From: Myxococcota bacterium
GTDB taxonomy: Bacteria > Myxococcota > JACRCW01
DNA length: 17,680 bases
NCBI GenBank assembly: GCA_040752415.1
Contig: JBFMGU010000217.1
Span: 1-17,680, forward strand
Direction: 5' to 3'
Positions 8,299-16,008 of the stretch are shown here, piece by piece. Positions within the stretch are counted from its first letter, which is position 1, and every line of letters begins with the position of its first letter. The position numbers and the translations under genes are program-made. Below the pieces are notes generated by a model that was not told where the DNA came from, did not search any database, and worked only from the letters and a program-made list of their open reading frames with translations.

Positions 8299-9632
8299 TA
8301 ACGTCCCCTGCGCGCGCTGACGGAGAGCCAGATTCCCACTCCGCCCATGATGGCAATCACGCTGGAGCCACCGTAGCTCATCAGCGGCAGCGTCACGCCC
8401 ACCACCGGCAGCGTCCCGGTCACCATCCCGATGTTCACGAACACGTGCCAGAAGATGAACGCGGCCACGCCCACGGAGAGCAGCGCACCAAACCGGTCGC
8501 GCGCCTTGGAGGCCACGTTGATGCCGGCCCACAGGAGGAAGAAGAACAGGATGATGAGCACCACGCCGCCCACCAGGCCCCACTCCTCGCCCAGCACGCT
8601 GAAGACAAAGTCGGTGTGGTTCTCCGGCAGGAAGCTCAGCTGCGTCTGCGTGCCGGCCTTGAAGCCCTTCCCTTCCGTGCCGCCGGAGCCAATGGCGATC
8701 ATGGACTGGTTGGCGTGGTAACCCGCGCCCAGCGCGTCGGCCTCCGGGTTGAGGAACGTGAGCACGCGCTTCTTCTGGTACTCCTTGAGGACGGTGAACC
8801 ACGCCACCACGCTGCCCGCCACGGCAATCACCGCGCTGATGGCCAGGCTGGCCGGTCGCATCCCGCAGAAGAGCAGCATGCTGAGCGCAATGGCCACGTT
8901 GATGGAGGCCGTGCCCAGGTCCGGCTGCACCAGGATGAGCCCGCCGGGCACGGCAATGACGTCCATGGGCGCCACCACGCTGCGCGGCGGGAACCCCTCC
9001 CGCGCCACCTTGAAGAGGGCCACCACCAGCCAGAGCATGATCACCCCCACCAGCATCCCGCCCAGCGTGCCTCCCTCCAGCGTCCAGCCCACCTTGGGCA
9101 CGGTGACGGTGGCGGCGGCCAGCTTCTTCCACTTCACGGCCAGGAACACGAGCGCGCCCAGCGGCCGACTCACGTTCAGCGGGCGCACCAGCTCACGCAG
9201 CGTGTAGCCCCCCGGCACCTCCCAGTTGGCCAGGTAGCGCGCCATGAACAGGATGATGGCCAGCTTCATCAGCTCGCTGGGCTGCAGGTTCACCGGCCCC
9301 AGGCCTATCCAGCGCTTGGCGCCCATGATGGAGCGACCCTTCACCAGCACCATCGCCAGCAGGAAGATGACCAGGAAGTAGAACGGGACGGCCACGCGCT
9401 CGAGCACGCGGTAGTCGCTGAGCCCCACCGCAATGGCAAAGCAGACGCCAAAGAACACCCAGAGCGCCTGCGCCAGGAAGAGGTTGGGCGCGGTGACCTG
9501 CGCCGCCGACGAGAGATTGATGATCCCCACCGTGGCCACGGACAGCGCGGCCAGCAGCGGCGTGAAGTCCATGCCCCCCATGCGCGAGGGCGAGCCGCCG
9601 CCGGAGCCTCCGTATCGGGATGAGCCAATCAC
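8298..9632 (-). CDS. rodA: Rod shape-determining protein RodA (SEDS peptidoglycan glycosyltransferase)
   Basis: GAKRWI, QPSELMK, QPDLG, GAGYHANQSMIAIGSGG, FLPENHTDFVFSVLGEEWG, LPVVGVTLPLMSYGGSS; directly downstream of mrdA; GTG 9632 with AGGAG SD. Confidence 0.95.
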   Translation of the reverse strand: MIGSSRYGGSGGGSPSRMGGMDFTPLLAALSVATVGIINLSSAAQVTAPNLFLAQALWVFFGVCFAIAVGLSDYRVLERVAVPFYFLVIFLLAMVLVKGRSIMGAKRWIGLGPVNLQPSELMKLAIILFMARYLANWEVPGGYTLRELVRPLNVSRPLGALVFLAVKWKKLAAATVTVPKVGWTLEGGTLGGMLVGVIMLWLVVALFKVAREGFPPRSVVAPMDVIAVPGGLILVQPDLGTASINVAIALSMLLFCGMRPASLAISAVIAVAGSVVAWFTVLKEYQKKRVLTFLNPEADALGAGYHANQSMIAIGSGGTEGKGFKAGTQTQLSFLPENHTDFVFSVLGEEWGLVGGVVLIILFFFLLWAGINVASKARDRFGALLSVGVAAFIFWHVFVNIGMVTGTLPVVGVTLPLMSYGGSSVIAIMGGVGIWLSVSARRGR

Positions 9633-9645
9633 CGCGCGACTCCTC

Positions 9646-11889
9646 TCACTCCGAGGGTTCCGACTGCTGCGGCACCACGTTCACCGGCACCGGCGTCTTC
9701 CTGCCCACGTCCTTGGCCGCCGTCTGCGGGCGGGAGTGGAACCCCTTCTTCTCGAAGTACGCGCGCATCACCGACGCGCTCACCGGCGCGCTCACCGAGC
9801 CGCCAAACCCACCGTGCTCCGTCAGCGTGACGACGACGATCTCCGGCTTGTCCGCGGGCGCGTACCCGGCAAACCACGCGTGGTCACGCACCCAGTACTC
9901 CATCTTCTCCGCGTCCACGTGCGCCACGCTCTTGGACAGGCGCGCCACCTGCGCGGTGCCGGTCTTGCCGGCAATGCTGATGCCGCTGGTGCGCAGCCAC
10001 TCCCCCAGGCCGGGCGGGTCGTCCTTGTACATGACGCCGCTGGCGGTGCCGCCGGGCTTCACCACGTCGGCCATGCCCGCCATGATGGTCTCCAGGCCGC
10101 GCTGGGGAATCTCCTGCCTGGCCCGCTCGCGCGGCGGGAACTCCTGCACCACGTTGCCGTTGGCATCCTCCCTCCGGAGCACCAGTCGGGGCTCATACAG
10201 GATGCCGCCGTTCACCACCGCGGCGAACGCCATGGCCAGCTGCAACGGCGTCACGTTCACGTCGCCCTGGCCAATGGCGTTGTTGACCACGTAGCCGCCC
10301 TGGTAGCTGCCAAAGCGGTCCTTGTAATACTGCTCGTCCGGCATGATGCCGGGGATTTCTCCGTCCAGCGGAATGCCGGTGCGCCGTCCCAGGCCAAAGG
10401 CGCGCGCCGTCTCCGCCAGCGCGTTGGCGCCCAGCGTGTAGCCCAGCCGGTAGTAGTAGGAGTCGCAGCTCACGGTGACGGACTTCTGCAGCGCAATGCC
10501 GCCGTGACCGGCGCGGTTGAAGCAGCGCCACTGCGTGCGACCCAGCGAGAAGAATCCGGGGCACGGCAGGTGCGTCTCCGGCGTGATCTTGCCTTCCTTG
10601 AGCCCGGCAATGGCGGTGAGGATCTTGAAGGTGGAGCCCGGCGAGTAGTGGTTCTGGATGGCCTTGTTGATCCAGGGCTGCAGCGGGTCGCTGTCCAGGG
10701 CGCGCTTGTCCGCGGCGGTCATGCGCGCGCTGACGATGTTGGGGTCGTAGGTGGGGAAGCTGGCCAGCGCCAGGATGCTGCCGGTGGCCACCTCCACCGC
10801 CACCACGGCGCCCGCACGTCCCCGGAACGCGCTCTCCGCCGCACGCTGCAGGTCCATGTCCAGGCTGAGCACCAGCGTGTTGCCCGGCTTGGCCTCCACC
10901 CTGCGGTCCTCTCCCAGCAGCAGCCGCGCCTTGTCCTCCGGCAACCTGCGGCCCTTGGCGTCGACGACGACCTTCTCCTGCCCATCCACCCCGCGCAGCA
11001 CCTTCTCGAACGTGCGCTCCAGGCCGCGCCGTCCCAGGTAGTCGCCGCGCTGGTAGCCCAGCTCCGCCAGCACCTGCAGCTCCGTGCTGGACACCTCGTT
11101 CATGTAGCCCAGCGTGTGGCTGGCCAGGGAACCCTCGCGGTAGCGACGCACCACCGAGGCCACCACGTCGGCGCCGGGCAGCTCACCCAGGGAGGCGGCG
11201 TGCTCAACACGGGCGTAGACCTCCCAGGGCACGTTCTGCTTCACCAGGATGGGCACAAAGCGGTTGAGGCCCTTGGCGCGGAGCGCTTCCTTCTGCGTGT
11301 CGACGAGACCACCCTCCCCCAGCCCCAGGATCTCGGCCAGCCGACGGAACACCAGCGGCGTGCTGGGGAACTCCAGCGGATAGACCACCACGCTGCCCTG
11401 CCCCTCCGCCTCACGCAGGTCCACGCCGGGAAGCGCCAGCGTGTGCAGCGTGCTGCTGACCTCCGCCAGTCGCTCCTCGGGGACGGAAGGCACCAGCACG
11501 TAGGGCGGCGGATGCGGGTTCTTCAGCGCGGCAATGAGGTCCTCGTTGACCTGGCGCAGGGGACGGTCGCTGCCGGCGGCGCGGAGGATGCGGCCCAGGG
11601 TGTGGCGGGAGTCGGGGAGGAAGGCGGGGGTGACGAACACGTCGTGGCTGGGGCGGTTGTCCACCAGCACGCGCCCCTCCCGGTCCTTCATGATGCCGCG
11701 GTCATGCGGAATGCGACGCAGCTGGACAAAGTTGCTCTCGCTCTTCTGCCGGAACTCCTCGTGACGGAGCACCTGCAGCACGTAGAGCCGGATGATGAGG
11801 ATGGACAGCGCCGCCGCCACCACGCCGAGCATGACGCGGTAGCGGAACTTCCCGTATTGCCGTTCACCGCCGAGACCCAGCCCAACCAC
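9646..11889 (-). CDS. mrdA: Penicillin-binding protein 2 (class B transpeptidase), 747 aa
   Basis: N-terminal TM, RGIMKDREG, RRY, GRRGLE; catalytic motifs STFK (SxxK), SCD (SxD, PBP2-typical) and KTGT; DHAWF; adjacent to rodA. Confidence 0.95.
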   Translation of the reverse strand: MVGLGLGGERQYGKFRYRVMLGVVAAALSILIIRLYVLQVLRHEEFRQKSESNFVQLRRIPHDRGIMKDREGRVLVDNRPSHDVFVTPAFLPDSRHTLGRILRAAGSDRPLRQVNEDLIAALKNPHPPPYVLVPSVPEERLAEVSSTLHTLALPGVDLREAEGQGSVVVYPLEFPSTPLVFRRLAEILGLGEGGLVDTQKEALRAKGLNRFVPILVKQNVPWEVYARVEHAASLGELPGADVVASVVRRYREGSLASHTLGYMNEVSSTELQVLAELGYQRGDYLGRRGLERTFEKVLRGVDGQEKVVVDAKGRRLPEDKARLLLGEDRRVEAKPGNTLVLSLDMDLQRAAESAFRGRAGAVVAVEVATGSILALASFPTYDPNIVSARMTAADKRALDSDPLQPWINKAIQNHYSPGSTFKILTAIAGLKEGKITPETHLPCPGFFSLGRTQWRCFNRAGHGGIALQKSVTVSCDSYYYRLGYTLGANALAETARAFGLGRRTGIPLDGEIPGIMPDEQYYKDRFGSYQGGYVVNNAIGQGDVNVTPLQLAMAFAAVVNGGILYEPRLVLRREDANGNVVQEFPPRERARQEIPQRGLETIMAGMADVVKPGGTASGVMYKDDPPGLGEWLRTSGISIAGKTGTAQVARLSKSVAHVDAEKMEYWVRDHAWFAGYAPADKPEIVVVTLTEHGGFGGSVSAPVSASVMRAYFEKKGFHSRPQTAAKDVGRKTPVPVNVVPQQSEPSE

Positions 11890-11986
11890 CGAGGCACCTG
11901 CCGCGCTTCAAGGATCCGCCCTCGCCCACGTCAGGACTGAGGGCACGCTGCGTCTAACAGACGAGCCCCGGCGGGTCTGCCCATGT

Positions 11987-12571
11987 TCACATGTCCAGCT
12001 TCAGGATGGGAAACCCCTTCTGCAGGGTGGGCAGCTGGCCCTTCTGCAGCGGCTTGAAGAACTTCTCCATGTCCTTGAGCACGCCCTTGGGCTTCATCCC
12101 CATCAGCTCCCGGTGCTCCATGGCCACGCGGACCAGTCGGGTCTGCGCGCCCGCCCACAACGCCTCCACGCCCTCCCGGCTCTGCAGGTGGACCTTCAGC
12201 ATGGCCGCCGCGCACTGGATGAGCGCCTGGACGAACAGCGCGGGGGCGCGACCCTTGTCCGCCACCTGCCACAGGCCCTCCCACGCCTCGTGCGCCTCCC
12301 AGAAGTACCAGTGGTTGTAGAGGTCCACGCCCTGGTGCCACGCCGTGAGCACGGGCCAGATGTGCGGGGTCCATTCCGGGTGGGGCGGTGGGCGCACGTC
12401 GGTGTAGCTGTGACCGCGCGGGTCATTGACGGGGTGCGGCTGCCCGCTGCCGGGGACGTAGCGGTACGGCGGGAACGCCCGGTCCGGCGCGTAGCGGGGA
12501 ATCCGCTTGAGGTTGGGCTCGGGCAGCGGCTGGGCGCCCACGTCGGGTTCAGCCTCGGTCACCGTTCGCAT
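11987..12571 (-). CDS. DUF309 domain-containing protein
   Basis: GVDLYNHWYFWEAHEAWEGLW...QALIQCAAA signature and N-terminal PPYRYVPG..PHP..DPRGHSY extension. Start at ATG 12571. Confidence 0.85.
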   Translation of the reverse strand: MRTVTEAEPDVGAQPLPEPNLKRIPRYAPDRAFPPYRYVPGSGQPHPVNDPRGHSYTDVRPPPHPEWTPHIWPVLTAWHQGVDLYNHWYFWEAHEAWEGLWQVADKGRAPALFVQALIQCAAAMLKVHLQSREGVEALWAGAQTRLVRVAMEHRELMGMKPKGVLKDMEKFFKPLQKGQLPTLQKGFPILKLDM

Positions 12572-12577
12572 GGGCCG

Positions 12578-12606
12578 GTTGTGGGCCGGCGCCCCTCCCC
12601 CGTCAA
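12578..12606 (-). promoter_or_regulatory. Putative sigma70-type promoter with leaderless geometry for DUF309 (possibly reading into mrdA-rodA)
   Basis: TTGACG (12606-12601), 17 nt, CACAAC (12583-12578), 6 nt, ATG 12571; no SD. The -10 is weak. Confidence 0.4.
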
Positions 12607-12813
12607 CCCGGGTGCCCGCACGGATGTGCCTCGCGTTGGGACGGGGCGGGGCGAGGGAAAACCTGCGGCGTGAAGGGCGCAGCGTTGGCGGAACGGCGCA
12701 GGCGTTGCCCCGCTGAACGCAACGCTTTCGGTGGAATGGCCCCACGGATGCGCTCCAGCGCGGCCCACACGCGGCACGTACCTTGCGGTGTGGGACGGGA
12801 CGTGGAGGGAAGC

Positions 12814-14427
12814 ATGCTCGTCAAGAAACTCGTGGAGGACCTGCTCCAGCCCGCCGCCTACGGCCTCCCCGCGGGGACCCGCATCCGCCTGGAGGAGACG
12901 CACACGTCCTGGGTGTTCCTGACGGGCTCGTGGGCGTACAAGGTCAAGAAGCCGGTGAACCTGGGCTTCCTGGACTTCTCGACGGAGAGCCGGCGCCAGC
13001 AGGCCTGCAACGCGGAGCTGGTCCTCAACCGCAGGCTGGCGCCGGGCGTGTACCAGGCCGTGGAGCCGGTGCGTCGGACGGCGGACGGGCGGTACGTGCT
13101 GCAGGGCGAAGGCCCCATTGTGGACTGGGCCGTGAAGATGGTGCAGCTGCCCCGCTTCCACCGCGCCGACACCCTGCTGGCCCGCGGCGCGCTGACACCG
13201 GCGCAGCTGGACCACCTGGCGGAGCACCTGGCGCGCTTCCACGAACAGGTCCGCCACGACCCCGAGACCGCCGCGTTTGGTCGCCCGGAGGTCATCCGCG
13301 CGAACATGGAGGAGAACTTCCGCCAGACCACGGACGCGGGCGCCTTTGTCAGCGAGGACGAGCTGCGGGAGATCCAACGCTGGCAGCGCGACTTCCTCTC
13401 CGAGCACGCCGAGCGCTTCGAGGCGCGCATGACCACGGGACACGTGCGCGACGGCCACGGCGACCTGCGCCTGGAGCACGTGTACTTCCTGGAAGACGGC
13501 ACGCTCACCATCATCGACTGCATCGAGTTCAATGACCGCTTCCGCTACGCGGACGTGGCTTCCGACGTGGCGTTCCTCTCCATGGACCTGGCGCGCGCGG
13601 GATACCCGGGTCTGGCGGAGTACTTCCTGGCCCGCTACGCCGCGCACGCCAATGATTTCGACCTCTACTCCGTCGTGGATTTCTACCAGAGCTACCGCGC
13701 GTACGTGCGCGCCAAGACCTCCATGATGCTGCACACCAACACGCACCTCCCGGATGACCTGCGCGACGAGGCCGTCCGACAGGCGCGCGCGTGTTTCCAG
13801 CTGGCCCTCCCCGCGGCGCGCGTGCCGGCGGTGATTGCGGTGGGCGGGTGGATGGCGGCGGGCAAGAGCACGCTGGCGGAAAGACTCTCCCTGGCCATGT
13901 CCGCGCCGGTCGTCGACACCGACCGGACGCGCAAGCACCTCATGGGCGTGCCGGCAACGCAGACGCTGTCGGGTGGAGCGTTCCACGGCGCGTACACGCC
14001 GGAGACCACGGAGCGCGTGTACACGGAGATGCTGCGACGCGCGGAGATGGTGCTGGAGTCCGGCCGCGCGGTGATCCTGGACGCCAGCTTCCAGCGACGT
14101 GGCCTGCGCTCCCTGGCCGCGGGGCTGGCGCACCATCACAACGTGCCATTCATGTTCCTGGAGTGTCGTGCGCCGCGGGAGGCGTGCATCAAGCGGCTGC
14201 GCGACCGCGCCGCCCATCCCTCCGTCTCCGACGCGCGCCCGGAGATCTTCGACGCTTTCCTGGCGCACTTCGAGCCGGTGGAGGAGCTCTCGGAGCGCGA
14301 GCACCTGAGGCTGGACACAAGCCTGCCGCCCGACGAGGTGGCGGAAGTGGCGCGGGAATGGGCCACCGCCAACATGCGCACGCCAGCGGACGTGGCGGAG
14401 ATGGAAGCCTTCCCCATGTATCCGTGA
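12814..14427 (+). CDS. Bifunctional aminoglycoside-phosphotransferase-like / P-loop (AAA_33) kinase protein, Rv2004c-like
   Basis: ETHTSWVFL, KVKKPVNLGFLDFST, HGDLRLEHV, IDCIEFN; C-terminal Walker A GWMAAGKST and ILDASF; SD GGAGG before ATG 12814. Confidence 0.9.
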   Translation: MLVKKLVEDLLQPAAYGLPAGTRIRLEETHTSWVFLTGSWAYKVKKPVNLGFLDFSTESRRQQACNAELVLNRRLAPGVYQAVEPVRRTADGRYVLQGEGPIVDWAVKMVQLPRFHRADTLLARGALTPAQLDHLAEHLARFHEQVRHDPETAAFGRPEVIRANMEENFRQTTDAGAFVSEDELREIQRWQRDFLSEHAERFEARMTTGHVRDGHGDLRLEHVYFLEDGTLTIIDCIEFNDRFRYADVASDVAFLSMDLARAGYPGLAEYFLARYAAHANDFDLYSVVDFYQSYRAYVRAKTSMMLHTNTHLPDDLRDEAVRQARACFQLALPAARVPAVIAVGGWMAAGKSTLAERLSLAMSAPVVDTDRTRKHLMGVPATQTLSGGAFHGAYTPETTERVYTEMLRRAEMVLESGRAVILDASFQRRGLRSLAAGLAHHHNVPFMFLECRAPREACIKRLRDRAAHPSVSDARPEIFDAFLAHFEPVEELSEREHLRLDTSLPPDEVAEVAREWATANMRTPADVAEMEAFPMYP

Positions 14428-14487
14428 CGCGCTTCCGTCAGCGCGTGAGCCGCAGATTCCCTGCGTGCCGGCACCCCGACGTGGGCG

Positions 14488-15174
14488 TCACCCACACAGC
14501 CCCTCCTGGGCCAGGCTGCTCACGCCGCCCGCCGCCACCACCACGTGGTCCACCAGCTTCACTCCCAGCGTGTCTCCCGCCTGCTTGAGCCTGCGGGTCA
14601 GCTCGCGGTCGGGGCCGGAGGGGGTGGGGTCCCCGGAGGGGTGGTTGTGGACCAGGATGACGCCGGAGGCGCGCTCTCCCAACGCCGGTCGGAACACCTC
14701 CCGGGGATCCACCGGGCTGCCTTCCGTCCACCCCTCACTCACCAGCACCTCCGCCAGGAGCCGCTGCCTCCGGTCCACCATGAGGGCCACCACGCGCTCC
14801 CGGGGCAGCGCCGCCATCCGCGGAGCGCACAGCGCCGCCACATCCGTGGGACTCGCCAGCCGGACGCGCGCCCGGACCGGCGGACGGGTGGCCCGGGCCC
14901 CCAGCTCCAACGCGCCCAGCAGTCGCAACGCCGCGGCACCACTGATGTTGGCGCGCTCCGCCAGCTCCGGCGCACGCATCCCGGGGAGTCGCCACAACGG
15001 CACGTCCGTGAGCAGCGCGCGGGCCCGCGCCGTGTGCGTGGCGCCACCACCCCCGTGCAGCACCAACGCCAGCAGCTCCTCATTGGCCAACGCCGAGACA
15101 CCTTCCACCCGCGCCCGCTCGGACGGGAGAGGCTCGGCAGGCGCCTTCTCCGATTCCACAATCCATGCATCCAT
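14488..15174 (-). CDS. radC: RadC family JAB/MPN domain protein (UPF0758)
   Basis: N-terminal GVSALANEELLALVL, LGALELGAR, VDPREVF, JAB motif HNHPSGDPTPSGPD, LVDHVVV. Start uncertain (ATG 15174; the ORF track starts at 15228). Confidence 0.9.
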   Translation of the reverse strand: MDAWIVESEKAPAEPLPSERARVEGVSALANEELLALVLHGGGGATHTARARALLTDVPLWRLPGMRAPELAERANISGAAALRLLGALELGARATRPPVRARVRLASPTDVAALCAPRMAALPRERVVALMVDRRQRLLAEVLVSEGWTEGSPVDPREVFRPALGERASGVILVHNHPSGDPTPSGPDRELTRRLKQAGDTLGVKLVDHVVVAAGGVSSLAQEGLCG

Positions 15175-15321
15175 GGTCGCCGGCCCAGAGCAACTGTCGC
15201 GCCAGTGCGTAACCACCTGTGACGACACGTGGGTTTCCGTGACGAGGTCGAATGTGCCTGTCGCAATTTCAGACAGGGTGTCGTGATCCCGGACAGGTCA
15301 ACGTGAAGAACCTTGTCCGGT

Positions 15322-15330
15322 TGCTATACT
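15322..15330 (+). promoter_or_regulatory. Extended -10 promoter, leaderless transcript of the lipoprotein gene
   Basis: TG-C-TATACT (15322-15330), 6 nt, then ATG 15337; no SD. Confidence 0.6.
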
Positions 15331-15336
15331 TTGGCC

Positions 15337-15948
15337 ATGCGCCGCCTGTTGCTCGTCTCGGTTCTCTCGGGTTCGGTCCTGACAACGGGCGCATGCCTGG
15401 CACCGGTCTCCAAGCTCACCTACGACCGCTACGACGAGAAGAGCAACGTCTACGTCAATGACACGGTGGGCTTTGCGCTGCGCCTGGGAGATGACTGGCG
15501 CGTGCGCACGGATGCGCAGGGTGAGTTCCAGCTGCTGACGCCCACCCAGGCACCCAGCATGGACAACGGCAACGAGGTGACGCTGCAGGCGGTGGCGCGC
15601 CACGTGGGTCTGGTGATCGAGACGCGCAAGGTGCAGCGGTCCACCTCGTTGGAGAAGCTGCAGCCCAGCGTGTTCAAGACGTACGAGAATGCCTTCAAGC
15701 AGCTGCGCTACCGGCTGGTGTCCCTGGAGAAGAAGGTGGCGCACGGCATTGAGTACATGGAGTGGGTGTACGAGCTGCGCACGCCGGACATGGCGCGCAC
15801 CGTGGTGGAGGGCCTGTTCCTGCGGGACAACTACGCGGTGCGCATGCGCGCGCTGGCGTCCACGGAGCGGTTTGAGCAGGTGCGGGGTCGCATTGCGGCG
15901 TTGTACGCGTCGCTGACCCGCGTGGACCCCGTGCGCGACCCGGAGTGA
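15337..15948 (+). CDS. Putative lipoprotein of unknown function (possibly PsbP/DcrB-like fold)
   Basis: MRR plus hydrophobic stretch and lipobox-like TGA-C20; strong GC3 bias. The fold guess rests only on the GFALRLGDDW...RMRALASTERFE pattern. Confidence 0.75.
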   Translation: MRRLLLVSVLSGSVLTTGACLAPVSKLTYDRYDEKSNVYVNDTVGFALRLGDDWRVRTDAQGEFQLLTPTQAPSMDNGNEVTLQAVARHVGLVIETRKVQRSTSLEKLQPSVFKTYENAFKQLRYRLVSLEKKVAHGIEYMEWVYELRTPDMARTVVEGLFLRDNYAVRMRALASTERFEQVRGRIAALYASLTRVDPVRDPE

Positions 15949-16008
15949 GGCCCGGCTTCCGCCGTCCGTGGGTTTGTTGCGCCCGCGCAAATGGGCTAAT
16001 CCCGGCGC

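Noticed and set aside
7487..8356. ORFs across the 7.55-8.3 kb gap (7487-8356 -, 7595-8287 +, 5' part of 7659-9623 +), including the peptide IPSWPANTQPPT appearing on both strands
   Set aside because: Low-complexity Pro/Arg/Gly translations with no codon bias or motifs. The shared peptide is simply the product of the DNA inverted repeat.
9433..11940. 835-aa plus-strand ORF and similar long antisense ORFs (1426-2676, 2713-4236, 5862-7187, 12559-14304)
   Set aside because: Shadow frames opposite well-supported genes, expected in high-GC DNA with strong GC3 bias.
12814..14427. Aminoglycoside resistance gene
   Set aside because: The APH-like fold fused to a P-loop kinase is a widespread Rv2004c-like family with no established resistance role.
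14488..15174. JAB protein as part of a CBASS/ubiquitin-like defence system or mobile element, with the cyclase as signal generator
   Set aside because: It is a full-length chromosomal RadC type with the N-terminal helical region. The cyclase is class III rather than a CD-NTase, has its own 6-TM anchor and lies 13 kb away. No E1/E2 or effector genes are present.
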